DNA from: Carcharhinus longimanus
Lineage: Eukaryota
Assembly: GCA_030264375.1 (NCBI GenBank)
Contig: JASCQW010000148.1
Coordinates: 14,742,809-14,806,808 of the forward strand
Direction: 5' to 3'
Length of the DNA: 64,000 nt
A program made the position numbers and the translations under genes. The notes beneath the pieces are model-generated. The model was not told the origin of the DNA and made no database searches. It saw only the letters and a program-made list of their open reading frames with translations. Shown piece after piece: positions 11,751-24,998 of the stretch; the first letter of the stretch is position 1; the number at the start of each line of letters is the position of its first letter.

Positions 11751-12409
11751 ACGTCTCCATTAAAGACAGTCACCTTAGCACCTCACTGTACCGTAAGCCC
11801 ACGGATAACCTCACGATGCTCCACTTCTCCAGCTTGCACCCTAAACACATTAAAGAAACCATCTCCTACGGACAAGCCCTCCGTATACACAGGATCTGCT
11901 CAGAGGAAGAGGATTGCAACAGATGCCTCCAGACGCTGAAAGATGCCCTCATAAGAACAGGATATGACACTCGACTCATTGATCGACAGTTCTGACATGC
12001 CACATCCAAAAACCGCACTGACCTCCTCGGAAGACAAATACAGGACACGGTGGACAGAGTAATCTTCGTCGTCCAGTACTTCCCCGGAGCGGAGAGACTA
12101 CGACATCTTCTCCGGAGCCTTCAACACATCATTGACGAAGACGAACATCTTGCCAAGACCATCCCCACACCCCAGCTTGCCTTCAAACAACTGCACAATC
12201 TCAAACAGACCATTGTGTGCAGCAAACTACCCAGCCTTCAGGAGAATAGTGACCACGACACCACATAACCCTGCCACAGCAACCTCTAAGACGTGCTGGA
12301 TCATCGATACGGATGCCATCATCTCACATGAGAACACCATCCGCCAGGTACATGGTACATACTCTTGCAACTCGGCCAATGTTGTCTACCGAATACGCTG
12401 CAGGAAAGG
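11751..12409 (+). mobile_element. Penelope-like element: RT C-terminus, linker and start of the GIY-YIG domain (pseudogenised, cut by gap)
   Basis: ORF track gives LSTSLYRKPTDNLTMLHFSSLHPKHIKETISYGQALRIHRICS, FVVQYFPGAERLRHLLRSLQH…AFKQLHNLKQTIV and HGTYSCNSANVVYRIRCRK, all typical Penelope motifs. Confidence 0.9.
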
Positions 12410-12509
12410 NNNNNNNNNNNNNNNNNNNNNNNNNNNNNNNNNNNNNNNNNNNNNNNNNNNNNNNNNNNNNNNNNNNNNNNNNNNNNNNNNNNNNNNNNNN
12501 NNNNNNNNN

Positions 12510-12620
12510 CACGAGAAGAACGTGCAAACTCCACACACACAGTGACCTGAGCCAGGAATTGAACCCAGGACGCTGGAGCTGTGAAGCAGTAGTGCTAACC
12601 ACTGTGCTACCGTGCCGCCC
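12510..12620 (-). mobile_element. HE1-like SINE, 5' portion (rest lies in the gap)
   Basis: Minus strand gggcggcacggtagcacagtggttagcactactgcttcacagc…gggttcaattcc, containing the A and B boxes. Confidence 0.9.
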
Positions 12621-12644
12621 GGTATTTCAATTGAGAAGGAACAG

Positions 12645-12985
12645 CAGAATCTTGACGGTGCAGATGGAGGCCATTCGGCCCATTGAATCTTCTTTGATTC
12701 TCTGGCAGAGCTTCCCACCCGGGCCATCCCTCTGACCTACCTCTGCAACCCCATGCATTTATCATGGTTAATCCCCTAACCTACACATCTTGGGACACTT
12801 AGGGACAATTTAACATGACTAATCCGCCTAACATCTTTGGACTGTGGGAGGAAACCAAAGCATTCAGAAGAAATCCACACAAATACAGGGAGAATGTGCA
12901 AACTCCACAGTCACCCAAGTGTGGAATTGAACCCATCCCCTAACGCTGAGAGGCAACAGTGTTAACCACTGCTACCTGCTGTCCA
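12645..12985 (-). mobile_element. HE1-like SINE, older copy
   Basis: ggaggccattcggccc tail, catctttggactgtgggaggaaacc V-domain and ggaattgaaccc B box. Confidence 0.85.
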
Positions 12986-13089
12986 ATCGTGGGTGAAACT
13001 GAGAAGCTCTCATGCAAAGGGTGTAGTATACTGCCACCAGTCCTGTCATATTTTGAACACTTCTGAAGAGACTTTATATTAAAATAGTT

Positions 13090-13212
13090 TTTTTCCTGGG
13101 ATTTAGATCTTGTTAGGCCAGCATTTGTTGCCCACTCCCAATTTCCCTTGAGAAAGTGTTGCACAGTGCCTTCTTGAATTGCTACCATTCATCTGGTATA
13201 GGTACACCCACT
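13090..13212 (-). mobile_element. 3' end of the 8789-11750 LINE family
   Basis: aggccagcatttgttgcccactcccaatttcccttgagaa… is the reverse complement of that element's 3' end. Confidence 0.75.
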
Positions 13213-13519
13213 TTTATCCTGAAACTCTGCTGGCATGATTCTTCTTGTGGCAGGACATCTATTATTGTTGTCCAAATATTCTTAAACCAAGATCTGTCAT
13301 CGCCTTGGTCTCCACTCCAGAAACCCTTTCTCCATTTAACTATTCCTTACATTGACTTCCTTGCAGGCCATGCATCATCTAGGGTCCAGTATAGATCTGA
13401 ATGATCATCTTAGAGTGTCTCTAGTTGGATGTGTGAGTGAGAAGATGAGTACATGATGGATATACCTGTTGTTAGGATCTCAGTATCAGATCAATTCTCC
13501 TGACTGCTGCTTTCCTGAA

Positions 13520-13690
13520 GACTCACATTCCAATCATTATGCATGTAAATTGAGTTTGTGTCTTTGTGCCCTGTTTGTGATCAGAACTCCCACCCACCTG
13601 ACGAAGGAAAAATGTGCTCCAAAGGCTTGGGGCGTTTGCTACAAATAAACTTGTTGGACTTTAAGCTGATGTTGTGAGATTTCTTTCTAC
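13520..13690 (+). mobile_element. Penelope terminal (pLTR) fragment with a degenerate hammerhead-like motif
   Basis: cacctgacgaagg…ctccaaaggcttg…aataaacttgttggactttaagctgatgttgtgagat. Homologous to 28700-28804. Confidence 0.75.
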
Positions 13691-13829
13691 TCAGTGATAT
13701 CCATTTCTTATAAACACATTTTTAAATGACTGCCATGCTGCTGCTGCTCATTGGGAAGATGATTAAACATTGGTGCAGATGAGCCGTGTGTCCTTGATGC
13801 ATGTATGATATAACTTAAGGCTGTTGACT

Positions 13830-15325
13830 ATAGAAAATAGGAGCAGAAGGAGGTCATTTAGGCCATTTGAGCCTTTATTATGATCGTGGCTGATCATCCA
13901 ACTCTAACCTCTTTCCACTTTCCCTCCATAGCCTTTGATCCCTTTAAACCCCCAAAAAATACAATGTTTTGGCCTCAACTACTTTCTATGGTAGAGAATT
14001 CCACAGATTTATCACTCTCTGGGTAAAGAAATTTCTCCTCCTCACCTCAATCCTCAATAACTTACTCCTTAGACTCTGATTCCCAGTTCTGGGCTCCCCC
14101 ATCATTGGGAACATCCTTCCTGCAGCTACCCTGTCTCATCCTGTTAGAATTTTATAGGTCTCTTTTATGAGATCCTCCCCTCCCTGTCCCTTCTCATTCT
14201 TCTTTATCTCTGGAGAATATAATCCTAACCAACTCCATCTGTCCTCATATATCAGCCCTGCTGTCCCAGGAATCAATCTGGTAAGCTTTCACTACATTCC
14301 CTCCATAGCAAGGACATCCATTCTCAGATGCAGAGACCAAAACTGCATGCAATATTCCAGGTGTTGTCTCATCAAGGTCTGTATAACTGCAGCAAGACAA
14401 CCCTACACCTGTACTTGAATCCTCTCGCGATGAAAACCAATGTGCTATTTGCCACCTTCACCACTTGCTGCACTTGCATGCTAACCTTCAGTGACTGATG
14501 CAGAAGGATACCTGGATCTCATTGCACATTCCCCACTCTCAATCTATAACCATTCAGACAATCTGCCTTCCTGTTTTTGATACGAAAGTAGATAATTAAT
14601 TATACTGCAACTGTCATGCATTTGCACACTCAGTTTGTCCAAATCACACTGAAGCATCTTTACATCGTCCTCTGAGCTTACATTCCCACCTAACTCTGTG
14701 TCACCTGCAAAATTGGAGATAGTAAATTCAGTTCCTTATCTAAATCATTGATATACATCATGAATAGCTAGGGTCCTAGCACTGATCCCTGTGGTACCAC
14801 ACTAGTCTCTGCTTGCCACTTGAAAAAAGACCTGTTTACTCCAACTCTTAGTTTCTGTCTGCCAACTAGTGTTCTATCCATCTCGACACAACTCCAAATC
14901 CTTTGCACTTTAATTTTACATGTTAATCTCTTTTATGTGGAACCTGGTCAAAAGCCTCCTGAAACTCTCAATGAACCACATCTACTGGCTCCCCCTCATC
15001 AACCCTTACTAGTTACAACCTCAAAGAATTACAGTAGATTTGTGAAACATGATTTCCTTTCATATATCCATGCTGACTCTGTCTAATCCTGCCACTGTTT
15101 CCAAAATGCCCAGCTATTCAGTCTCTTATAATGGATTGTAGCATCTTCCCCACTACTGATGTTGGACTAACTTATCTGTCGTTCCTTGTTTTTTTTTTCT
15201 ACCTCCCTTTTTAAATAATGGGGTTACATTAGTTACTCTCTAATCCATTGGAGCTGTTCCAGAGTCTCTAGAATCTTGGAAGACGACCACCATTGCAACC
15301 GCTATTTCTTGGGCCATTTCCTTAA
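13830..15325 (-). mobile_element. CR1 LINE, 5'-truncated (RT and 3' UTR)
   Basis: CR1 tail at the left end. Minus strand shows tttgcaggtgacaca (decayed FADD, near 14700), gtaccacagggatcagtgctagg (VPQGSVLG) and further RT regions. Confidence 0.85.
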
Positions 15326-18300
15326 TTTTATGATCTTGCTGATGACCCCCATGACCTTGACATAAGGGAATTGGAGACATAGTTGAATTCTTGACTACTG
15401 TGACTATTGTTTACAGCACTGTCTCTGTGGTGGAGGTTGACAGCAAGTCTCCTTGCGCAAGTCTTCAGTTTTGTTAGGGCTGTTATAGTTTAGTGTATTG
15501 TAACAGTCGATGTAGCCAGCTCACATCTCTCGCATCCTTTCTTAATCTTCATTCTTCTTTTGATTTAGAGCAAGAGGATAAAAATAATTACCATAACTTG
15601 CAAGTGCCTTACACTCAAAAGGGGTGAACACTACAGCTTTAATGGATTGACTTCCAATGTACAAGCACCTAAAGCAGGATCTTGTATTCACATCACACTT
15701 TTCAAGTCTGAAGGACATTCCAAAGTTAACTTCATATCCAATGATTTATTTTCAAGTCTTAAATCAGTAATTACAACAACCATTTATTTACATTACACCA
15801 TGGGGGATACACATGTTTGTCTCTACAATTTCACAGGAGGCAAGGCTTAGCTCCACCTCGACATTCATGGTCCTAAACAAACCTGTCTCTGGCTGATTAC
15901 AGTACATTGATATCTTACCCAATCAATCAAGTAAGTGTACTTACCATGAATAACCAAGGAGAAATAAAAGATTTTTTTTGCTTAACAAAATAAGCATTAC
16001 AAATCAATTCCCATGCACGATTTATTAATGGGCTTTTCTTGTGTTCTTAAGTCAGTGTTGGTTTGGCGTTGCTAACAGATAGCACTTCATTTCATTGTTT
16101 TAATTTTGATGTTAACAAAAAAATTTAAATTGTGTTCAATAAATTTATGATTCCATTTTGCATAGAATGTGACTTGGAAAGAGGTAAATTGACCGCATTT
16201 GGAAGGAGACTTCCTAAATATTGCTCCTGTGGCCAACACAATAGCATGTAATTCTTTTAATTTTAAAAAAGTGTGGAGTTTCTTTATGAAATGTATAGGC
16301 ACAGCACAATTTAAACTTGAATATTTCATAAATAGTAACTTATAGGAAATTTTGCACTACAGTAATTTACGCTTTCCAAAAGTATGATTTGAATAAATTG
16401 ACTGTTTAGTATTTGGTAAAAGCAAAATCCGCACAAAGATCCTGAATGTGTTTCAACTTGTTTGCAGTTTGCTTTCTGATGAGCTCAAATATAATATTCA
16501 AACATGAATTCTGTCTTAATTACTGGAATGAAACAATCTGTCCCTCAGGGCTTCTGTAATGTTAGATGCTTTTTGTTGTTTTAACAGCCAGTTATGAGTA
16601 TGTGGCAGGATGAACTTAAACATCCCTTAGAAACTATCCTGGTGTATAAACAAGACTTCTAGTTGAATTATTAATAATTACATTACTACTGTTGCTTGTG
16701 AAAAGTGTCCACAGTATTGCACATTTGCATTGCAAACTTTCTAGTTGTGAACTTTTTTTATATTTTTGCCATATATGGTGATCATTGTTTTGGCTCATAG
16801 CATCTAGAGACTCCCATTTCCTGCTAACGCAAAAACTATTACTTCTGTGGGAAAGCCCGACAGCAGCATTTGAAATTTTTCAGAGTTTCCTAATACAGTT
16901 ATTTGTGGAGAAGTCCAAATTGCAATTTAATCCCAACAATGTGACTGGTAAGTCTCTTTGAGCTAATCTACATTTATGGTAATGACAGATAAGTTCGAAT
17001 TTCAACTGAAATGTTTTTTGGACAGGAGAATGTAATTTTTATTGTAATCAGCTCATTATGAAGGAAAACCCTGAGATAATCCTGATTTACTATGTGAACT
17101 GGGAGCACATTCTGACATGATGGCCTGCTGTTACTGGATGCTTAGTTAATTATTTTTTGCTTTTTAAATATGAATGCGTGCCTTGTGCCCAATGAGGGGA
17201 ATGGTTTTTATATGTATCTGATAATTCAGCAAAATAAAAGCTCTTAGCACAGATCCAATTTACAACATAGGAAAAAAAAATGCTGCAATTAATGTTTTCA
17301 TTGTGTAACTGATGCACAGTAGAATTGAGACCCGTGTGAACACCTATTTATTGAATTTGGTGTCTAAACTCTTCTGAACGCCTACTGTCACAGTTGGAAT
17401 TTTTTTTATTTTAAACTCGATATTTGATTCCATTTTGGTTGAAATGGCTATATTTTCTTTGAGGTGTACAATTTATCTACTGGACAGTGTGGGAGTCCAA
17501 TTTTTTTTTTACTTTGGAGCTGCACTCATTGTTGAGAGGGCCTTGGTGGTTTGGGAAAACGGTAGGCTGCCAAATCCTTTCATTGTAAAAACATCCTCTA
17601 CAGTTAGGCCAATGACCTCAACTTTTCCAGAGCTATTAACTGCATGGATTAAAACAGGATACATCGTTGACTCAGATTGTTTTTGTCCTTTTAAAAATTT
17701 GAAAGATTTTTATGATGCATCCAAAAGATGAATGCAATTTTGTATTCCCTAGAATTTTGCTTCTCTTGTATTTGCAGTTGTTGGTGATCTGTTGTTTTGG
17801 CATTGATTGATTGATTGATCTTTTCATTTGGTTGATTGGTGAGAATACTAAATAGTACAGAAAGTGCAAAATAAATGTGTAAATAGACCAGAAGGTCACA
17901 CTGCAAAGGAGCAGTGGTTTAATATTACTATTGAAAGCATTTCCTTGCTTAATTAAACAGTTATTATCGTCTTTATCTTTCATGTGCATCAGGTTAGGGA
18001 CTGGCATTTCACCTTTGGAAAAATCCAAGCTAGATTTAAGAGGTGTATGTTCCCTTGCTCGTTGTAAGTCTCCATGTGAAATTCATTTGAAAATCCGCAA
18101 TCCAGTTTCTACAGGAAATTGGTGTACGGTTTAAAACTGTGTCACAAATCTTACTCAGTGTGGAAAACTGAAAAAACGTCCCAGTGGAAAAGTGGAGAGC
18201 GTTCAAGAGGGTTGAGCTAAGACATATCAGTGCAAACTTGAGGGAACTTTACTCTTCACTCAGCTGTGGTATACGTGATTTGGGCATGCTTGTTATCAAC

Positions 18301-20689
18301 ACATAAATAGAAGGGGAAGATGGATATTGCCAGCACTAAAATCCCTTGTTTTGGTGAACACATAAGCAACAAAAGTATAATTTTTTTGAGATATGGAGTA
18401 ATTGTTCTTCTGAAGAGGTTAATGTTTTGTTATTTGAGTGTTTTTAATGTTTTAACCCCTTTTATTTTCTTAGCATTCTGAGCTCAAGGATAACATTTTC
18501 CATTCTCCCCATTTACGAATATGAAGCCAGCAGGCTGGAATACCCATTAGGAAGATTAGCATCATTGAACTTAACTACAGTACATCAGAACAAAGTCTCT
18601 GGTTTAGCCTGAATGCACAAATAGTTCAAGTTTTGCAATTGCACTGTCTTTTTATAATTTCACCTTTCTGTGATGGCCTAATATAATTAACTGGAATTGG
18701 AGTAAAACTCTCTAGTTAAGATTATTGTTTAAAGTTTTTCCAGACCTTCCTTGCTTAATATCTAAACCAAAAGGTTCATTAGCCCCACAAATCTGGCTCC
18801 CCCAATTTTAAATTCTAATCTTTATTAGTAATATATTCAATTTCTGCAGTAACACCCCATTAATAATTGCCTAAAAATGCCAGGAACTTTTTCTTTATAA
18901 TAGTAAAACATTGTGGAAAACAAAACAATTTTCAGCAAAACAGATCTCACCGAAAAAAAAATACCAGATCCAGGAAGCATCATTCACAATATAGAAGCAT
19001 TTGTTTTGTTTCCTTAGATTTCCTACTGCATCTGCTACCTCTTTGGGCAATTTCAGAAACATTTTTTTTCTCTAAAATGTTTTGTGTTAATTGACTTAAA
19101 CTTCCAGGAATGTAGTGATAAAAGCTAAAAGACTGACTAAGTTTACTTTATCAGCCGTGGGAGATCCCACATCTACAATCCTGTCAACCTTCAAAACCCT
19201 TAGTAATTGGCCTTGATTTTGCTTTAATTCCCATCTACAAGGACATTTTCATTACAAATCCACCTAAGTGACAGGGCTGGTTGATCCTGATCTGGTGCCT
19301 CAGGATAAATTCTCTCCAATATTCTAACTCCCTTTGTTCTGCTGCTCTTTATTAGTTTATCAGCAGCTACCAAAACTTCACAATTATGAGGAGCTTGTGT
19401 TTCTAGTTCTGTTGTAAGAATGAAAATATTTGATCTTTTTCATCATTTAATATCTTTAAGCTATGGCCTCTACTTCCATTTTTGTGACTGTTGAGACTAC
19501 TGTTGCGAGATGTCCCTTTCTACTATTGAATGCTCTTTTTCCAGTATATGATTTTGTACTGGTGCAAGAGACACTTTCAGACTCACCATCAGTATTTTGT
19601 CCACACTTCCTTATATTCCATTCTTTATTCCATTATGCCACCTATTTCTTGGTCATCATCTTGAACATTCAACTAATATTTTAACTTGCCAGTTGCTTTT
19701 CTTTCATATCCCACAATAGTTGTATCATTCTATTCATTAGACTCATCTGGAATAAACGTCACCCGAGTACAATTGGTCAGTGAATGTGATAGGTCTGTCA
19801 TGAACACTCACAATATCATTATTCAGCCTTTGATCCAACATATCCTCTTCCTTTATCACAGAACACATCAGTATTTGATGTACAAGGTGCCTCGTTTACT
19901 TGCACCAGCTGTTGGGTCTGAGATTTTGTAATTAATTCTGAGGATTGAACCTTAGTAGCTTGATTGCCATGTTTGATAAATCCTGTCTTACTGTCACAAA
20001 ATATTCCCTTACCAGAACATTTCCATTTCCTATGACCCTCTCTTTAATTGTATACCAAATCTCCTATTTTGAAGTCTGTCTCAGATGGTCTTATACATTG
20101 CCTCAGTACTCTGTGAATCATCTCAGAAATTTCAGCCTTAATAAAAGTCTGTCTCCCTGCATGGAATGCATTCAAAATGTGCAAAACAAAATTGTACTAT
20201 TTGTGGTACCTTCTGACGCAGCAGATACAATAATATCCTGGCTGAGTAAACTGCAGATCAACTGAATTTCCAAAGTATATTTTGTTTAAATCGTGCTTCA
20301 TGTCAAGTTTCATTTGTACTTTTTCATTGGTATTTAGCTCAACAGCACAGTTTTCTCACTGGGGACCATAGTAATACAGATAAAATGGCTTATTCTACCT
20401 ATTTTACATAGAATTGTAACTCATTCTTGATCTCAAAATGTTGTCATCACTAAACTTAAAGCAAGTAGAATTTTGATGTTCCTTAACCCTGTATTGCTCC
20501 TCTGTTAGTAAATCATGATAACATTTTAACCAATTGCCCAACTTACTCTTGAAGTACAAGCACTATCTAGTACTGCACAGTTGAAGGTAAACACATTCGT
20601 CACAGGACTAAATCTCCTTGTATCCAGTGTAGTAAGTTTGATTCATCATTATCTTAATCAAAATTCTCTTTTGTCTGCAAGTGCCTTTT

Positions 20690-21195
20690 ATCTGCAGTAA
20701 GATAGATAAATCAATGGCATAATTAGAGGTAAATGATTTCATTCTAATCGCCATTATACAGAATTGGTTACAAGGTGTTGAAATACAAGGTGGGAACAAG
20801 GTTACAAGGTGGGAAATAAATATTCCAGGGTACATGATATTTTGGAGAGGCAGACAAAATGGCAAAGGAGGTGAGGTAGCCCTTTCGGTAAAGGACATAA
20901 AAAAGGACATTCCTGCGGCAGAATCTGGCTGCTGAAGATCATGAAAATGAATCAGTATGGGTGGAAATTAGGAATAGCAAGAGCCTGAAAACACTGGTGG
21001 GAGTTGTTCATAGGCCCCATAACAGTAGTTGTACTGTCAAGCAGAGCATTAAACAACAGATTATTGGAGCCTGTGACAAAGGGAATGTAATTAATGTGGG
21101 GGACTTTAATATTCACATAAACAATCAAATTGGCAAGAATGGTCTAAAGATTAGTTTGTGGAATGTTTTGTGATGGTTTCTTGTAGCAATACATA
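20690..21195 (+). mobile_element. CR1 ORF2 endonuclease (APE) fragment
   Basis: WEINIPGYMIFWRGRQNGKGGEVAL and ESVWVEIRNSKSLKTLVGVVHRPHNS…NVGDFNIH (ORF 20961..21173). Confidence 0.85.
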
Positions 21196-21204
21196 GCTTT
21201 TTGA

Positions 21205-21312
21205 ATGGAGCTCACATTTCAGTTTGATGACCTTTCCTGAGAACAAGTCACTGACGTGAAATGTTATCATGGGTTTTCTGCTCTGTAATTTCCAACATTT
21301 TCTGTTTCAAAT
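21205..21312. mobile_element. Decayed Penelope-derived inverted terminal fragment
   Basis: tttcagtttgatgacctttc followed by gtcactgacgtgaaatgtta…tccaacattttctgttt. Related to 22905-23000. Confidence 0.5.
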
Positions 21313-22364
21313 CCTAGTGGTAGTTCAGTTCAAAAAGGAAGATTTAGATGAGGTGTAAATCAGGTACCAATCCACACAATAAGTTGGAGGCATTTCAGAG
21401 TAACATTTTTTTTCTAAATGAGAAAACATTGACGTGGCTGACCTTGTATTCACAAGTCATGACTACGTATCCTGAGGAAGTGGACAGGGAACCGAAGCAC
21501 CAGTCGTGCAGCTGTGAGAAGATGAAAATTCTGACATCGATGCTCAAATATATTTTTTAAAATGCTGACCATAGTTCTTTGCTAATTGATTGTGTTACAA
21601 TTGCAGATTTTGAAAGTAAATGGATATGGTATGTAATCTAGTTGAAAGTGTGCATCATTTGTACAAATTCTTTACGGCTTCAACTTCTTTTTTCAAAAAA
21701 GGTTTATCTCCCCTTCTTGTCACTACCTTCCTTCATGCTACACAATCTCCTGGATCCATAGAAAAACCAGGCATTCTGTCAACAGAGCTTTAGAATCAGC
21801 TAGTTTGGTATTTTAGTGACACAGGTTAAAAAGAGAAAATAGTTTCAGGGATATTTGTGGAATGTTAATCTGAAGTCATTGACCAAGCAGATTCTCATGG
21901 TGTGTCTTCTTTCTCTTAAGTGCTTAGTTTGCTTCCAAACCTAAACATGAATGTCAGCTCCCATATGTTCTTGCAAAACCCTGTTGGATTGAGTTAAATT
22001 ATTAAATGGGAGCCATCCACACTGGAAAGAGGAGGTGGTATTATATGCAATTTTTTTCCCAACCTTTTTCTTGTTCCTTCCCTATTATCCTACTTTAGGT
22101 CCAGTCAGTGCCAACCAGGGTAGCAGATATTCAAATGAGACTGATAAGTTTGATATCTCCCTGTGATTTGCTACAACAACTAAACTTGAGTACCATTAGC
22201 TTAAGCATTCTAAAATTCTATATGTAAGTTCTCACTTGTGCCATGTGTAAAGTTGTAATGAATATTAATTTCTTACTTACAAATTTGTAGGAATTAAACT
22301 TGAAATTGTTAATGAACAATAGGTGGCCTCCAAATAGGAGTTCAGGTATGGACAGACAGAGGTG

Positions 22365-22447
22365 TTGGCCTTGGTAAGATGCTCTTTGGAGGGTCGGTGC
22401 AGACTCAATTCGCTGAATGACATCCTTCTGCGCTGAAGATTCTATGG
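22365..22447 (+). mobile_element. HE1-like SINE 3' end
   Basis: gatgctctttggagggtcggtgcagactc…gctgaatgacatccttctgcgctg…attctatg. Confidence 0.75.
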
Positions 22448-22904
22448 AGGCCTCCTCCCATCTTTCCTTATCTAAGATGACCATTGTAACCTTCTAATTT
22501 CCTCTTCTTCGTAAGCTACTTCACTCAGCTACTTCTAAATCCATCTAACTTGTCTTTCATGTGGTTGTGAATTCCACCAATTCCTGGGTAAAGAAATTCT
22601 TGCAGATTCCCTGTTTAATTTCTTGGTGAATACCTTACTATAATTTTGCTCTCCCCCACACATGTAAACACTCTTGCTGTGTTGAACTCTTTCTATATCA
22701 AACAATTTCATAATTTTAAAGCATTTACTAGGTTGTCTTTCAGCTTTCTCTAAAAGAGACTCTGTCTGTTGATCCTTTCCTAGTAGCTAAAACACGTAAA
22801 TCTTTTTTGCACCTTCTCCAGTGNNNNNNNNNNCTTATCCTTCTTACAATATGGTGACCAGAACTGCACACACTGTGGTTGAACCAAGGTTCAATACAAG
22901 TTTA

Positions 22905-23000
22905 GTATGAAATAAAAACAAAAGTGCTGGAAATGCTCAGTTGGTCAGGAAGCTCCTGTGGAGAGAAACAGTTAATGTTTCAGGTCAATGACTTTCCTGC
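22905..23000 (-). mobile_element. Penelope-derived terminal fragment nested in CR1
   Basis: aaacaaaagtgctggaaatgctcag…tgtggagagaaacagttaatgtttcaggtcaatgacttt. Confidence 0.65.
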
Positions 23001-24729
23001 ATCTTCAACTTTAACATGACTTCTCACATCTATCCCTCTGGAAATAGCCCCAGCACTTGATTTTACCTTTTTATGGTCTTACTGACGTGCAACAACATTG
23101 AGTGATTTATGTGTTTGTATTCTCTGATCCCTTTGCTCCTCTATCTCATTTAGGTTCTTAATTTGCAAGTAATATGACCTTCATGTTTTTCTTACCAAAA
23201 TGTGATGGTTTACATTTTGTCAATATGGAAACCCGTTCAATTACATACCCATTCTTCAAATATTTTTGCCCCCTTTTTTAATTTGTTAGTTTTCCTTTGT
23301 GCTGACTATTCCCCCTGCCCCAATTTGGTGCCATTTGCAAATTTGAATATTGCATTTTTTATTCCAAATTGTATATTGATTATAAATTGCCAATAGCAGT
23401 GGGCACAGCACTGATCCTTGTATGACTTCATTTTCCATCTTCTGCTGCTCTGCATAGTTCGACTTTACCCCTACTCTCTGTCCTAGAGACAGCTAGCTTC
23501 TGATCCTGCTAATTGTTTCCTGATTCTGCATGATGTGACCTTATTGATACATCTATTATGTGGTGCCTTATCATAGGTCTATTAGAAATCTAGATATACT
23601 ACATCAATTGCATTACCCTTATCTACTCCTTCAATTACCCCCTCAAAGAATTCAATGAAATTAGTCAGGAAAGACTTTTCCTTTTGAAATCTATGTTGAC
23701 TATTCATTATGTTTTTGGTTCTAAGTGTTTTTCTATTTTCTCCTATAGTAGAAATTCTGTTATCTTTCCAATGTTAAGCTAACCATTCTATAGTGTTCTG
23801 ATTCAAAAAGCCTGGTGAAGTAGGCCGATCTTTGCAGAAGTTTAGAGGGTTTCATTTATTGTGATGCATAAACACTTCATAACCCCACCATCAGCATGCA
23901 GTTAAACACTATTACTATACCATTAACATGTAGATTCATGGACATGTTCTGTCTCCTTTAAATACAGTTGTAATGTTAGCTATCCATTGATCCTCTGGCA
24001 AATGCCAGTTTCCGATGAGTCGCTAAATATATGCGTAATGCCTCTGCTTCCTCTTTCCTAGATTGTTTTAAAATACAAGATACAATCCATTCATACTTGT
24101 GTTTGTTTAATTTATTTAATATTTCTCCTCTCTTAATGTCATTATATCATCTGATCCATCTCCCTGGTAAAACTGAAGTGAAATAATTAATATTTCTGCC
24201 AGTGCATAACACTGCCAGTAAGGTTATTCTGCCCTTCCCTTCATGGCCTTTTCCTTTCTTTATTTATCTGCCTGTGGAATAATTTGCTATTTTGCCTATG
24301 TTCGTTGATAATTTAATTTCATAGTTCCTCTTTGTGTAATAATTGTTTGACTTCTTGTCAAGCGCCTTTGTATTTTTCTGTTCTATGCTCTCAACTGCTG
24401 TTTATGTTCTGAATGTTTGTCCCTTTCCTCACCTTTAGTTTTTGTCTCATTTCTTTATTTAACCATGGTGTCAGATTGGTGTTTAATTTGTGCTTGTTTT
24501 TTAGCAGGATGCAATTTTCTGGGCACTTTTGAAGAGTGTTCTAAGTCTTTCCTGATGCTGCTCTACATCAATGTTTGCTGATATTGTTGCCCAATATTGT
24601 TTGTAATATTTTTATTGTTCCAAGTTCCATTCCCTTTAAAATCAGCTAATCTCTAATTCATTATTCTAAACTTCATCATATTTAGTTGACTTCCCGCATA
24701 TTGAGTTGCACGCGCCAGACAAAGCACAT

Positions 24730-24998
24730 AACCTGTGTCTGTTTTCCTTGGTCTGTTTTTCCTGGAACAGGTTGCTACCTTGAAGCCAGAGGTTATAGCT
24801 TGAGCGATGTCATTCTTTATAAAGTATGATTGATCAGGAATATCTCCTGCTCTTACTGCCTGCCAGAGGAGTGTTGGAAGGATTTGCAAATTTGATCTCA
24901 TTATGAACATACATTGCATGGCCATTGTGTTCTGGAATGGGATTTGAACCCAGAACTTCTGGATCAGAAACAGAGACCCTTCCCTCTGAACCACCAGA
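24730..24998 (-). mobile_element. Old tRNA-headed SINE nested in CR1
   Basis: Minus strand tggttcagaggg…ctgggttcaaatccc, with a B box at about 24939-24950. The body was not classified. Confidence 0.5.

Noticed and set aside
16800-16953. Strong donor CTG|GTAAGT at 16947/16948 as a coding exon end
   Set aside because: The phase-2 frame has an upstream stop and would form TGA on splicing. Isolated donor consensus sites are expected by chance in 57 kb.
20765-20815. Repeated (t)acaaggtg units
   Set aside because: Local slippage duplications inside a dead CR1 endonuclease fragment.
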